The notes under the pieces: model-generated
Seen by the model: the letters and a program-made list of their open reading frames with translations, nothing else
What the model was told of the DNA's origin: nothing
The model's database searches: none
Position numbers and translations under genes: made by a program
Assembly: GCA_937942105.1 (NCBI GenBank)
Contig: CALDFS010000022.1
Span: 1 to 39,569, forward strand
Source: an uncultured Ruminococcus sp.
GTDB lineage: Bacteria > Bacillota > Clostridia > Oscillospirales > Ruminococcaceae
Reading direction: 5' to 3'
Length of the DNA: 39,569 nt
Shown here: positions 30,630-39,569 of the stretch, piece by piece
Numbering within the stretch: the first letter of the stretch is position 1
Layout of the letters: the number at the start of each line of letters is the position of its first letter

Positions 30630-31676
30630 TTATCTTACCTCCGATTTGTGCATAATGTGAATGTCCATAGGAGTGACATTCATTCCGATAATAGCTCCTA
30701 CCTCCTCACTTTGGGTGGAGTGTATTATCCATTTATATCCCAGCGCATCGACGCTGATTTCGTAATGAACGCCCTTAAAGATGCAGTTTTCTACAACTCC
30801 GACAATAGCGCCCTGATACTGAGGAACAACCTTGATATCCTCTGGTCTGATTACAACGTCAACCAGCTCGTCCTTGTCAAAGTTCTTATCTACGCAGGCA
30901 AATTCCTTGCCGGCAAACTCCACTAAGAAGTCGCGCCGCATTATGCCATCGATTATGTTTGATTCACCTATAAAGTCGGCGACAAAGGCGTTTATAGGCT
31001 CATTGTAAATGTCCTGAGGAGTGCCTATCTGCTGAATGCAGCCATCGCGCATTACGACTACTGTATCAGACATGGTAAGCGCTTCCTCCTGATCGTGTGT
31101 AACATAGATGAATGTGATTTCAAGCTCCTGCTGCATGCGCTTAAGCTCTATCTGCATTTCCTTGCGCAGCTTTAAGTCCAGCGCACCAAGCGGTTCGTCA
31201 AGAAGCAGTACCTTGGGGCGGTTTACAAGCGCCCTTGCTATTGCGATTCTTTGCTGCTGTCCGCCTGAAAGCGAATTGATTGAACGTTTCTCAAAGCCCT
31301 GCATATTAACGAGCTTGAGCATTTCGGAAACTCTCTGAGCAATCTCCTTTTCGGGGAGCTTTTTAATGCGAAGCCCGAAAGCAATATTGTCATAGATATT
31401 CAAATGGGGGAATAGTGCATACTTTTGGAAGACCGTATTTACCTCACGCTTGTGCGGGGGCAGATTGTTGATCTTCGTGCCGTTAAAAAATAGCTCACCG
31501 CTTGCCATTTCGGCAAAGCCACCAATGATTCGCAGGGTAGTGGTTTTTCCACATCCCGACGGGCCAAGAAGTGTTACGAACTGCTTGTCCATAATGTCAA
31601 GGCTGACACTTTTCAGAACCTGAACGCCGTCATACTCAACAACAGCATTTCGTAAGCTGATGATCGCATTTTTCAA
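30630..31676 (-). CDS. potA: spermidine/putrescine ABC transporter ATPase PotA
   Basis: Walker [10 protein letters not shown], signature LSGGQQQR, Walker B LLLDEP, and a C-terminal TOBE-like domain. TTG start. Confidence 0.93.
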   Translation of the reverse strand: MKNAIISLRNAVVEYDGVQVLKSVSLDIMDKQFVTLLGPSGCGKTTTLRIIGGFAEMASGELFFNGTKINNLPPHKREVNTVFQKYALFPHLNIYDNIAFGLRIKKLPEKEIAQRVSEMLKLVNMQGFEKRSINSLSGGQQQRIAIARALVNRPKVLLLDEPLGALDLKLRKEMQIELKRMQQELEITFIYVTHDQEEALTMSDTVVVMRDGCIQQIGTPQDIYNEPINAFVADFIGESNIIDGIMRRDFLVEFAGKEFACVDKNFDKDELVDVVIRPEDIKVVPQYQGAIVGVVENCIFKGVHYEISVDALGYKWIIHSTQSEEVGAIIGMNVTPMDIHIMHKSEVR

Positions 31677-31742
31677 TTACTTTCTTTGTCTCCTTATTTT
31701 TAACAATTTTTTGGCAGCATGATACCCCACAATGCCAAATTA

Positions 31743-31771
31743 ATTATATAGCAAAACATTCAGTATTACAA
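31743..31771 (-). promoter_or_regulatory. sigma-A type promoter candidate for potABCD
   Basis: On the minus strand: TTGTAA (31771-31766), a 17-nt spacer, then TATAAT (31748-31743). Confidence 0.55.
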
Positions 31772-31851
31772 GCATAATTTTAAATTTTGTTATTCCGACA
31801 AAAAAACCATCTTCTTCGGCAATTCTTTTTTTATAATCAACAAATTTAGCA

Positions 31852-31880
31852 TTGAATTTTACGGAATAATGATGTATAAT
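31852..31880 (+). promoter_or_regulatory. sigma-A type promoter candidate for murD
   Basis: TTGAAT (31852-31857), a 17-nt spacer, then TATAAT (31875-31880), about 60 nt upstream of the murD ATG. Confidence 0.6.
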
Positions 31881-31940
31881 ATAGGATGAAATATTGTGAA
31901 TAACCGTATATAAATATTTTCAGACGAAAGGCTTGATTTT

Positions 31941-33332
31941 ATGAATAAGACCGAAAGATTTTTCAACTCCCTGAAAAGCTCACGCGTTGCCCTAATTGGA
32001 ACAGGGGTAAGCCATACCGAGCTTATAAAGCTGTTTTTGTCCAAGGGGATAGATGTTACCGTTCTTGACAGAAAAACTAAGGAGCAGTTTGACCCAGAGC
32101 TGTATAGCTATTTGGAGGAAAAAGGCGCGCACTTTGTTTTGGGAGACGGCTATCTTGATTCCTTAACCGATTATGATGTTGTTTACCGCACTCCGGGTAT
32201 GTACTATAACAACCCTAAGCTTGCCGAAGCGCGCGCCGCAGGCGTTATAATAACTAGCGAGATGGAATCCTTCTTCGAGCTGTGCCCCTGCAAAATATAT
32301 GCCGTTACCGGCTCTGACGGCAAGACCACCACTACAACTGTCATATCAGAATTTCTAAAAGCAGAAGGCTTTAAGGTCTGGCTGGGCGGAAATATCGGGA
32401 AAGCGCTTTTGCCGAGAATAGAAAGTATATCCGAATCGGATGTAGCTGTTGTAGAGCTTTCAAGCTTTCAGCTTATTTCTATTAGAGAATCGCCCGACGT
32501 TGCGGTTATAACCAATATTGCCCCCAACCATCTTGATGTTCACGGCAGCATGGAGGAATATATTGCTGCAAAGTGCAATATTTTGGATCACCAGAACGCC
32601 TTTTCAAGAACCGTCCTGAATGAAGACAATGCGCTTACCATAGGTCTTGCCGACCATGTAAGGGGAAAGCTCGTCAGCTTCTCGCGCCTGCATCCCGTAA
32701 AGGTAGGAGCATACCTTGATGATGACAGATATCTTTGCTACAGCGACGGCAGAAGAAGCATTAAAATAATTTCCGCAGACAAGATAAAAATTCCCGGCGA
32801 GCATAACATAGAAAACTACCTTGCGGCGATATCTGCCGTGTGGGGTGAGGTCTCGGTGGACTCCATATGCAAAGTTGCAAGAAACTTCGGCGGCGTTGAG
32901 CACAGAATCGAATTTGTAAGAGAGCTTGGCGGCGTTAAGTATTATAACGATTCTATAGCTTCCAGCCCCACAAGGGTTATAGCGGGGCTTAAATCCTTCG
33001 GCAGAAAAATCATTATTATTGCCGGCGGATATGACAAGAAAATACCGTTTGAGCCTTTGGCGGAGCCTGTAAACAAGTATGTAAAGGTCCTGATACTGAT
33101 GGGTCTGACAGCTGATAAAATCGAAAAGGCAGTAACGGAAACACCTTATTACGACCCTGACAATATAAAAATCCTTCATGCGGAAAGCATGGAGGAAGCC
33201 GTAAAGCTTGCTCATGATAACGCGGCTTCCGGCGATATAGTTTCGCTTTCGCCGGCGTGTGCTTCGTTTGACATGTATCCTAACTTTGAAGCAAGAGGAA
33301 AGCATTACAAAGCAATCGTCAACGCTCTTTGA
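31941..33332 (+). CDS. murD: UDP-N-acetylmuramoyl-L-alanine--D-glutamate ligase
   Basis: N-terminal Rossmann fold (VALIGTGVSH), Mur ligase P-loop TGSDGKTTTT, and full-length MurD architecture. Confidence 0.93.
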   Translation: MNKTERFFNSLKSSRVALIGTGVSHTELIKLFLSKGIDVTVLDRKTKEQFDPELYSYLEEKGAHFVLGDGYLDSLTDYDVVYRTPGMYYNNPKLAEARAAGVIITSEMESFFELCPCKIYAVTGSDGKTTTTTVISEFLKAEGFKVWLGGNIGKALLPRIESISESDVAVVELSSFQLISIRESPDVAVITNIAPNHLDVHGSMEEYIAAKCNILDHQNAFSRTVLNEDNALTIGLADHVRGKLVSFSRLHPVKVGAYLDDDRYLCYSDGRRSIKIISADKIKIPGEHNIENYLAAISAVWGEVSVDSICKVARNFGGVEHRIEFVRELGGVKYYNDSIASSPTRVIAGLKSFGRKIIIIAGGYDKKIPFEPLAEPVNKYVKVLILMGLTADKIEKAVTETPYYDPDNIKILHAESMEEAVKLAHDNAASGDIVSLSPACASFDMYPNFEARGKHYKAIVNAL

Positions 33333-33345
33333 TTAAAAATAAAAG

Positions 33346-34110
33346 ATGATTAAAAGAATAGAAAACATTGAAAACACTGCGATAGAACTTAGAAAGTCGC
33401 ATTATTCAAGAGTCATACTTTCGCATATTCAGACATACGGAACGGAATATGACTTTTGCGAGCTTTATGAGCTTCGACAGAAGGGCAGACGTGCGGCAGT
33501 GTTTGTGTCTTTCAACGGCTCGCTTACAGCAGATATACTTGAAGGAGCTTCACTGGGTGGAGTCTCACTCAGGGAGACTGCGGAGTTCGTCCGCTTCAAG
33601 TCACCGTATACAGTCGAGCTTCCGGAGGATATGACAGGTAAAACAGGTATATCGGGCTATCAGCGCTCAAAAAGGTATTTTTACGAGATAACGCCGTGGA
33701 AATCAGCTGACGGAATCGAAATAGACCCAGACGCTGAAACCGTATATGCAACGGCTTTTTCAGGAAATGAATCAAACTACGGTCTTTGGCTGACGGATAC
33801 GGTGCGCCGAAAAAACAAGGATCTTTTAAGGCTGTATAGCTATAAAAGCTCGGTTTTAACGCTAAAATTCCGCTCCGGCGGTATGGCATATATCGCGGAT
33901 GTCGCCACTCCCGAAGAGGACAGGGGAAAGGGCTACGCAAGGGCACTTTTAGGCGGCGTTGCCAAGCTTATGGCAGACGACGGCTATACCTCGTATCTCG
34001 CGGCGAATGATTTGACCAGGGGCTATTATGATTCGCTCGGATATAAGCTTATTGGGTCAGATAACATTTATAAAATTAAGGACAGTATAAACTATGAACA
34101 AATTCTTTAA
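33346..34110 (+). CDS. GNAT family N-acetyltransferase (C-terminal GNAT core, N-terminal domain unknown)
   Basis: The C-terminal IADVATPEEDRGKGYARALLGGVAKLM...YDSLGYKLIG fits GNAT motif A (R-x-x-G-x-G/A). There is no clear RBS. Confidence 0.65.
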   Translation: MIKRIENIENTAIELRKSHYSRVILSHIQTYGTEYDFCELYELRQKGRRAAVFVSFNGSLTADILEGASLGGVSLRETAEFVRFKSPYTVELPEDMTGKTGISGYQRSKRYFYEITPWKSADGIEIDPDAETVYATAFSGNESNYGLWLTDTVRRKNKDLLRLYSYKSSVLTLKFRSGGMAYIADVATPEEDRGKGYARALLGGVAKLMADDGYTSYLAANDLTRGYYDSLGYKLIGSDNIYKIKDSINYEQIL

Positions 34111-35347
34111 TATCGATACAAAGCTTCTTGAACTGGCAAAAAAAGCCGAAGAGGAATGTAAGGAAGTCTTCGCAAGAATAGACGATATCGCCGAGTACAA
34201 CGGCGTTAAGGTTCTGTCGGCGTTCACTAAGAACAATGTCGGCGAAACCGCCCTTCATGGCACTACGGGATATGGCTATAACGATCTTGGCAGAGAGCTT
34301 TTGGATAAGGTATACGCTTCCGCTCTCGGCGGTGAGGATGCCCTTGTAAGGCACAGCTTTGTAAACGGCACTCACACCCTTTCGGTCGCACTTTTCGGTG
34401 TGCTTCGTCCTGGAGATAAACTGCTGATGTGCTGCGGTGCTCCATATGACACTCTTGAAGAGATTATCGGCAAAAGGGGAGAGCCAGGCAACGGCTCGCT
34501 GAAGGATTTCGGAGTGCTGTATGAGGAAGTTGAGCTTCTGCCAAACGGCATGCCCGACCTTGAAAGGATAACCGAGCGCGTAAAAGACGCAAAGGTCGCA
34601 TACATACAGCGCTCACGCGGGTACTCAACCCGTCCTTCCTATACCGTTGACGATATTGAGAAGATGGTGAAGGCAATAAAGACCGGAAACCCCAACGCCG
34701 TCATAATGGTTGACAATTGCTACGGCGAATTTGTTGAAAAGCGGGAGCCGCTCGATGTCGGAGCGGATTTGATAATGGGCTCGCTGATAAAAAATCCCGG
34801 CGGCGGAATCGCTTCAACAGGCGGATATATTGCAGGGCGGGCAGACCTTATAGAGCTTTGCGCCAACAGACTTACCTGCGTTGGAATGGGCAAGGAAATA
34901 GGCGCAACCCTCCACCAGAATCGCGAGATGTTCCTAGGCTTCTTCTTAGCTCCGCAGACGGTTGCGAACGCCGTTAAAACTTCTGAATTCGCGTGCGCGC
35001 TGCTCAACATGCTTGGCTATGAATCTCTGCCCAAGCCCGGTGAGCCGAGGGCTGATATAATAGCATCCATAAAATTCGGCAGCGAAGCTCCGCTTACATC
35101 GTTTATAAGAGGAGTTCAGAAGGGCGCGCCGATTGACAGCTACGTAACCCCTGAGGCATGGGATATGCCGGGCTATGAAAGTCAGGTAATAATGGCGGCA
35201 GGCGCTTCCATTGAGTTCTCGGCAGATGCCCCGATAAGAGAGCCATATGCAGGCTGGCTTCAGGGTGGAATAACCTATCCCACCGGAAAAATGGGCGTTC
35301 TGATAGCCGTTCAAAACATGATTGATGAAGGAATACTTAAGCTATAA
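34094..35347 (+). CDS. methionine gamma-lyase family / YnbB-like (aluminium-resistance family) PLP-dependent protein
   Basis: 417 aa with AAGGA RBS. N-terminal pattern (ELAKKAEEECKEVFARIDDIAEYNGVKVLSAF...HGTTGYGYNDLGRE) and GSLIKNPGGG (PLP-lysine region) are typical of the COG4100 family. Confidence 0.8.
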   Translation: MNKFFNIDTKLLELAKKAEEECKEVFARIDDIAEYNGVKVLSAFTKNNVGETALHGTTGYGYNDLGRELLDKVYASALGGEDALVRHSFVNGTHTLSVALFGVLRPGDKLLMCCGAPYDTLEEIIGKRGEPGNGSLKDFGVLYEEVELLPNGMPDLERITERVKDAKVAYIQRSRGYSTRPSYTVDDIEKMVKAIKTGNPNAVIMVDNCYGEFVEKREPLDVGADLIMGSLIKNPGGGIASTGGYIAGRADLIELCANRLTCVGMGKEIGATLHQNREMFLGFFLAPQTVANAVKTSEFACALLNMLGYESLPKPGEPRADIIASIKFGSEAPLTSFIRGVQKGAPIDSYVTPEAWDMPGYESQVIMAAGASIEFSADAPIREPYAGWLQGGITYPTGKMGVLIAVQNMIDEGILKL

Positions 35348-35371
35348 ATAATTTTTGAAAGGATGAGCAAC

Positions 35372-36331
35372 ATGGCGGAAAAATATTCAGTTTCGATGAA
35401 AAAGCTTATAGACGAGCTAAAATTAAAGGTAGTCTATACCCCGCGTGAACCGGAAAATATAATGATATCCAATAATGATATCAACCGTCCGGGATTGCAG
35501 CTGACCGGATTTTACGCTTATTTCAACGTTGAAAAAATTCAGATATGCGGGAACGCAGAGTTTGCATATTTGCAGGGTCTTTCCGATGAGGCAAGAAAGG
35601 AAGCTATATTCACTCTGTTTTCATATAGATTCCCTGCGCTGATCATCACAAGGGATCATCAGGCTTTTCCCGATATGATAGAGGCTGCAAAAAAATACGA
35701 GATACCGATTCTTGCAACTTCTCTTGACACCTCTGAGCTTATGGCGCAGAGCATAGCCTTCCTGAATCTAAACTTAGCTCAGAGAATTACCCGCCATGGC
35801 GTTCTTATTGAGATTTACGGCGAGGGCGTTCTGATAGTTGGCGAAAGCGGAGTAGGTAAGTCTGAAACTGCAATAGAGCTTGTAAAGCGCGGACACCGCC
35901 TTGTCGCTGACGATGCTGTTGAAATCAAGAAGGTTTCGGCTATTTCCCTTGTCGGTTCTTCTCCCGATAACATCCGCCACTTTATAGAACTTCGCGGCAT
36001 AGGCATAGTCAACGCAAGAAGACTTTTCGGTATGGGCGCTGTTAAGATGACCGAAAAAATCGACCTTGTTGTTAAGCTGGAACCCTGGGACCCCGACAGG
36101 GTCTACGACAGAATGGGCGTTGACAATGAATATACATCGATTCTCGGCGTAAACGTCCCCAGCATGACGATTCCTGTTAAGCCGGGACGAAATTTAGCTG
36201 TCATCTTAGAGGTTGCGGCGATGAACAACCGCCAGAAGAAGATGGGCTATAACGCTGCGCAGGAGCTTCTTTCTAAGCTCGGTCTTGAAATGGAAGGCAG
36301 CGAGAAGTTCCAGAACTGGACAGATTTCTGA
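35372..36331 (+). CDS. hprK: HPr kinase/phosphorylase
   Basis: Walker A GESGVGKSE, LVADDAVEI and ELRGIGIVN signature. ATG at 35372, 8 nt after AAAGGA. Confidence 0.92.
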   Translation: MAEKYSVSMKKLIDELKLKVVYTPREPENIMISNNDINRPGLQLTGFYAYFNVEKIQICGNAEFAYLQGLSDEARKEAIFTLFSYRFPALIITRDHQAFPDMIEAAKKYEIPILATSLDTSELMAQSIAFLNLNLAQRITRHGVLIEIYGEGVLIVGESGVGKSETAIELVKRGHRLVADDAVEIKKVSAISLVGSSPDNIRHFIELRGIGIVNARRLFGMGAVKMTEKIDLVVKLEPWDPDRVYDRMGVDNEYTSILGVNVPSMTIPVKPGRNLAVILEVAAMNNRQKKMGYNAAQELLSKLGLEMEGSEKFQNWTDF

Positions 36332-36349
36332 TTAAAGGAGTGCAGCGCC

Positions 36350-37078
36350 TTGTTTATAGAAGCAGATCTTCACACCCACACAGTGGCATCGACCCATGCT
36401 TATTCGACAATAACCGAAAACTGCCGTGCGGCGGCTGATAAGGGACTTAAAGCAATCGCAATGACCGATCACTACCTTGACATGCCGGACGCTCCGCACA
36501 TCTGGCACTTCAACAATTTAAGGGTACTTCCCAGAACCATTTTTGGGGTAGCCGTTCTTAAAGGCGCGGAGGTTAATATAATAAATTATGACGGTGAGCT
36601 GGATATCTCCGAAAGCGATATATCCAAGCTTGAATGGGTAGTAGCATCATATCATAAATACATGTTCAAGGAGCTTTCGACCGACCCGAAGGTCGTCACA
36701 GATGGCTATTTGAAGCTATGCCATAACCCATATGTGGACGTTATAGGACATCCCACCACTGACTACTTTCCGTTTGAGTATGAGCGAGCGATTAAGGCAT
36801 TTAAGGAATACGACAAGCTCGTTGAGGTGAACGAAAGCTCGATAAAGCTTAAAAAAGGCTCGGCAAAAAACGTTGTTCCGATTCTTGAAATGTGCAAGAA
36901 GTATGAAGTTCCGATAGTGGTAAATACCGACGCACACTTCTGGAACGCAATAGGTGAGGCTCCTGTTTCGGAACAGATTTTACGGGATATCGATTTTCCA
37001 CGAAGACTGGTTGCCAACGCCGACTGGGAATACATAAGGGCAAGAATAAATAAAAAGCGTCCCGAATTAAAGCTTTGA
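36350..37078 (+). CDS. PHP-domain phosphatase (YcdX/histidinol-phosphatase-like)
   Basis: TTG start 9 nt after AAGGAG. N-terminal ADLHTHT metal-binding motif, then MTDH, GHP and NTDAH histidine motifs of the PHP fold. Confidence 0.8.
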   Translation: MFIEADLHTHTVASTHAYSTITENCRAAADKGLKAIAMTDHYLDMPDAPHIWHFNNLRVLPRTIFGVAVLKGAEVNIINYDGELDISESDISKLEWVVASYHKYMFKELSTDPKVVTDGYLKLCHNPYVDVIGHPTTDYFPFEYERAIKAFKEYDKLVEVNESSIKLKKGSAKNVVPILEMCKKYEVPIVVNTDAHFWNAIGEAPVSEQILRDIDFPRRLVANADWEYIRARINKKRPELKL

Positions 37079-37089
37079 AAGGTTTTGCT

Positions 37090-38007
37090 ATGACTTATTC
37101 CGAGAAACTTATTGATTTTGAAAAAACTGCGCAGAGCTTAGACGTAAGAACGAAACGAAACGAGCCTATGAGTGCTCATACAACCTTTAAGGTCGGCGGG
37201 GGCTGTGATATTATGGCTTTTCCGAACAGTATAGAATCTGTGCGAAGGCTTATACTGTGTGCAAATGCCTCGGGGCTTGATTATTATATTCTCGGCAACG
37301 GCTCGAACGTTCTGTTTTCAGATAATGGCTTCCGTGGAGCTATAATTACGCTCGGTCCGGACTTCTCTGATATCACTGTTGAAGGCGATATCATTACCGC
37401 ATCTGCGGGGACAGCGCTTAAAAAGGTCTGCCTGAAGGCCTTGGAATCAGGACTTACCGGGCTTGAATTTGCATACGGCATCCCCGGAACGGTCGGCGGG
37501 GCGATATATATGAATGCCGGCGCTTACGGCGGCGAGATGAAGGGTGTTGTTGTCAAGGTCACCTGCGTCAATAGGCGCGGCGAAATTGTGACGCACTGCG
37601 CTGATGAGCTTAACCTTGCATATCGTTCGAGCAGATTCACGAATTCGGATGAGGTTATACTGTCGGCGGATTTCAAGCTTCAAAGCGGAGATCCATCATT
37701 GATAAAAGCCAGGATGGATGAGCTTATGGAAAGAAGGAAATCCCGCCAGCCGCTGGAATATCCAAGCGCAGGCTCAACATTTAAACGTCCGGAGGGGACG
37801 TTTGCGGGTCTTGTTATAGAGCAGAGCGGTCTGAAGGGCTACACTGTGGGCGGGGCGCAAATCTCAGAAAAGCATGCGAATTTCGTAATAAATAAAGGCG
37901 GTGCAACCGCTGACGACATAATCAGACTTATATCAGACGTTAAAAAAACAGTAAAGGAAAAAACAGGCTTTGAGCTTGAATGCGAAATAAGAATAATCGG
38001 CAATTGA
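37090..38007 (+). CDS. murB: UDP-N-acetylenolpyruvoylglucosamine reductase
   Basis: FAD-binding FKVGGGCD, GNGSNVLF, catalytic AGSTFKRP, and a C-terminal HANFVIN motif. Confidence 0.92.
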   Translation: MTYSEKLIDFEKTAQSLDVRTKRNEPMSAHTTFKVGGGCDIMAFPNSIESVRRLILCANASGLDYYILGNGSNVLFSDNGFRGAIITLGPDFSDITVEGDIITASAGTALKKVCLKALESGLTGLEFAYGIPGTVGGAIYMNAGAYGGEMKGVVVKVTCVNRRGEIVTHCADELNLAYRSSRFTNSDEVILSADFKLQSGDPSLIKARMDELMERRKSRQPLEYPSAGSTFKRPEGTFAGLVIEQSGLKGYTVGGAQISEKHANFVINKGGATADDIIRLISDVKKTVKEKTGFELECEIRIIGN

Positions 38008-38073
38008 TGCCTGTATTCTTTCACATTCATGGTATAGCAAACCGCTATTTGCATGAAAGGCGTGGTTTAAGTT

Positions 38074-38928
38074 ATGAAAATAGTTATTATAACGGGGCTT
38101 TCCGGCGCAGGAAAATCAAACGCGCTGAGGTATTTTGAAGACTGCGGCTACTATTGCATAGACAATATGCCGCCGGAGCTTTTGCAGAGCGTTGCACAGT
38201 TTATTGTCAACGCCGATAAGGTAGTAAGCAAAATTGCTGTTGCTATAGATATCCGTTCCGGCGAGCTGTATTCAAAGCTGAGCCAGAGCGTTATGTCGCT
38301 TCGCGCTTCTGAAGCAGATGTAAGAGTAATTTTTATTGATGCCGATGATGACGCCCTTGTAAAGCGCTATAAGGAGACAAGAAGACGGCATCCTTTGGAT
38401 GAGGAAGCTTCGGGAAGTCTGTATAAGGCTATAGAGCTGGAGCGTCGTGCAACACTCGGCGCTAAGGAGATAGCCGACTATTACATAGACACAACCCACA
38501 CCTCTACCTCGGATTTCAGGCAAAGGCTTACCGAGCTTTTCCATGATGAAGACGGTGAAATGATAATAAACGTCATTTCATTCGGGTTCAAATACGGCGT
38601 TCCCAAGGACGCAGACCTTGTTTTCGACGTAAGATGCCTGCCGAATCCTTTCTATGTGCCGGAACTCAAAAATAAAACAGGTCTTGACGACGATGTATAT
38701 AACTATGTAATGAACTGCAACGAAGCAAATGAAGTATTCGCAAAGCTTTCAGACCTTATTGAGTATCTTCTTCCGCTGTATGTTAAAGAGGGCAAAACAA
38801 GGCTTGTTATAGCATTTGGCTGCACGGGCGGAAAGCATCGCTCAGTAAGCTTTGCAAGAAGAATGTCCGAGCTTTTGGAAAGCAAAGGAGCGAATATTAG
38901 GGTTGAACATCGCCATATTAATCTATAA
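38074..38928 (+). CDS. rapZ: RNase adapter / nucleotide-binding protein RapZ (YvcJ)
   Basis: Walker A ITGLSGAGKS, C-terminal GCTGGKHRSV motif, and the conserved position after murB. Confidence 0.92.
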   Translation: MKIVIITGLSGAGKSNALRYFEDCGYYCIDNMPPELLQSVAQFIVNADKVVSKIAVAIDIRSGELYSKLSQSVMSLRASEADVRVIFIDADDDALVKRYKETRRRHPLDEEASGSLYKAIELERRATLGAKEIADYYIDTTHTSTSDFRQRLTELFHDEDGEMIINVISFGFKYGVPKDADLVFDVRCLPNPFYVPELKNKTGLDDDVYNYVMNCNEANEVFAKLSDLIEYLLPLYVKEGKTRLVIAFGCTGGKHRSVSFARRMSELLESKGANIRVEHRHINL

Positions 38929-38936
38929 AAGTTGAA

Positions 38937-38993
38937 ATGAAAATTAAAACTACACAAACATCAAAACAAAATGAAAATTAAAGCTACACAGAC
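38937..38993 (+). repeat. 23-bp direct repeat duplicating the whiA start region
   Basis: ATGAAAATTAAAACTACACAAAC (38937-38959) and ATGAAAATTAAAGCTACACAGAC (38971-38993) match at 21 of 23 positions and are offset by 34 bp. The first copy opens a 14-codon mini-ORF that ends at TAA 38979-38981. Confidence 0.85.
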
Positions 38994-39366
38994 TTTTTCA
39001 TATAAAGTAAAATCAGAATCGCGTGAGAGCATAACCGGGCGAAAGAAGTCTGATGCCTGTCTGATGGGATATCTGCTTGTATCGGAAGCTGACGCATCGG
39101 ATGGAATAAGATTCGTCACCGACAGCGATATCTGTTCTGAATTGTTCTCTCGCCTTGTCAGCCATGCAGCTGAAAATGAAGACGCTGCCGAGAAAACAGT
39201 TGTCCGTTCAAGAGGGCGCGCACCTCAGTATGCTATAACCATCGGAAATCATCGGGATATTTATAAGATATCACAAAGACTTGGCTTCAATGCACTTGAT
39301 AAAAATTCTCTGATGGCTTCAGCGGATAGAATATCCGAAAAGAATTACGGCGCATTTGCGGCAGGT
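38971..39366 (+). CDS. whiA: WhiA (sporulation/cell-division regulator), N-terminal ~132 aa only; similarity ends abruptly
   Basis: [29 protein letters not shown]...[19 protein letters not shown]...[19 protein letters not shown]...[10 protein letters not shown] aligns with the first LAGLIDADG-like domain of WhiA (MSFxxxVKxEL...CCxxAEL...LRGAFLAGGS). The frame stays open to the window end, but after ~39366 it reads as low-complexity nonsense. Confidence 0.75.
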
Positions 39367-39569
39367 GTAGCCCCGCTCCTCGGCGGAGATGCCGGTGGTG
39401 GTGTCCACATGGTCGATGGAGACGGTGAAGGCCGTCTCATGGTTGTCCGTGTTCTGCTGAACCATCTGGGGCAAACCCAGCTTTTTCACATAGTACTCGG
39501 ACATGGGCATACAGATCAGGCCCTTGCCGTGGGTGGCCATGAAGTTGACGTTCTCCGTGGTGGCAAACT
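39364..39569 (-). pseudogene. ribB: internal fragment of 3,4-dihydroxy-2-butanone-4-phosphate synthase (RibB/RibBA)
   Basis: The minus-strand frame reads [68 protein letters not shown], a RibB core. The N-terminus lies beyond the window and the C-terminal part is replaced by unrelated residues ([14 protein letters not shown], then stop) after the junction. Confidence 0.8.

Noticed and set aside
32604-33305. 233-aa minus-strand ORF opposite murD.
   Set aside because: It lies fully within the well-supported murD gene. It is Arg/Tyr/Phe-rich with no RBS and no motif.

Overview
The window looks like a mostly housekeeping chromosomal segment from a Firmicutes/Clostridia-type, plant-fibre-associated organism. 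That taxonomic call is inferred from gene content (cdaA-cdaR, hprK-murB-rapZ-whiA, GH43 and CE1 enzymes); hand-counted stretches are about 44% GC. Gene order along the window: pstSC(A) phosphate uptake (minus strand); an AraC regulator plus GH43/CBM6 lipoprotein; an F1Fo ATP synthase operon (minus strand, a-c-b-alpha-gamma-beta-epsilon); an NCS2 purine permease; a NifX-like protein; fused ispDF; DUF3343 plus a class V cysteine desulfurase; cdaA-cdaR; a COG2509 FAD protein; a 551-aa sigma-70/ECF-like protein with a long C-terminal extension; MarR plus a CE1 esterase; a Ca-type P-type ATPase; potABCD followed by a long Prs-family gene; murD; a GNAT; a YnbB-like PLP enzyme; hprK; a PHP phosphatase; murB; rapZ; and a truncated whiA. 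I found no transposases, integrases, CRISPR arrays, tRNA/rRNA genes or recognisable defence genes. The most unusual items are four. (1) The ATP synthase operon has no delta (atpH) gene, while alpha carries a ~70-aa N-terminal extension made of a tandem-duplicated ~38-aa module and subunit c carries a signal-peptide-like N-terminal extension. (2) The sigma factor has a ~380-aa soluble extension and no adjacent anti-sigma gene. (3) At ~39362-39366 whiA is cut off and joined head-on to a GC-rich ribB fragment, which is most likely a contig-end chimera. (4) PotD has both a lipobox and a C-terminal TM anchor. All calls come from reading the translations and sequence by eye; no database search was run.
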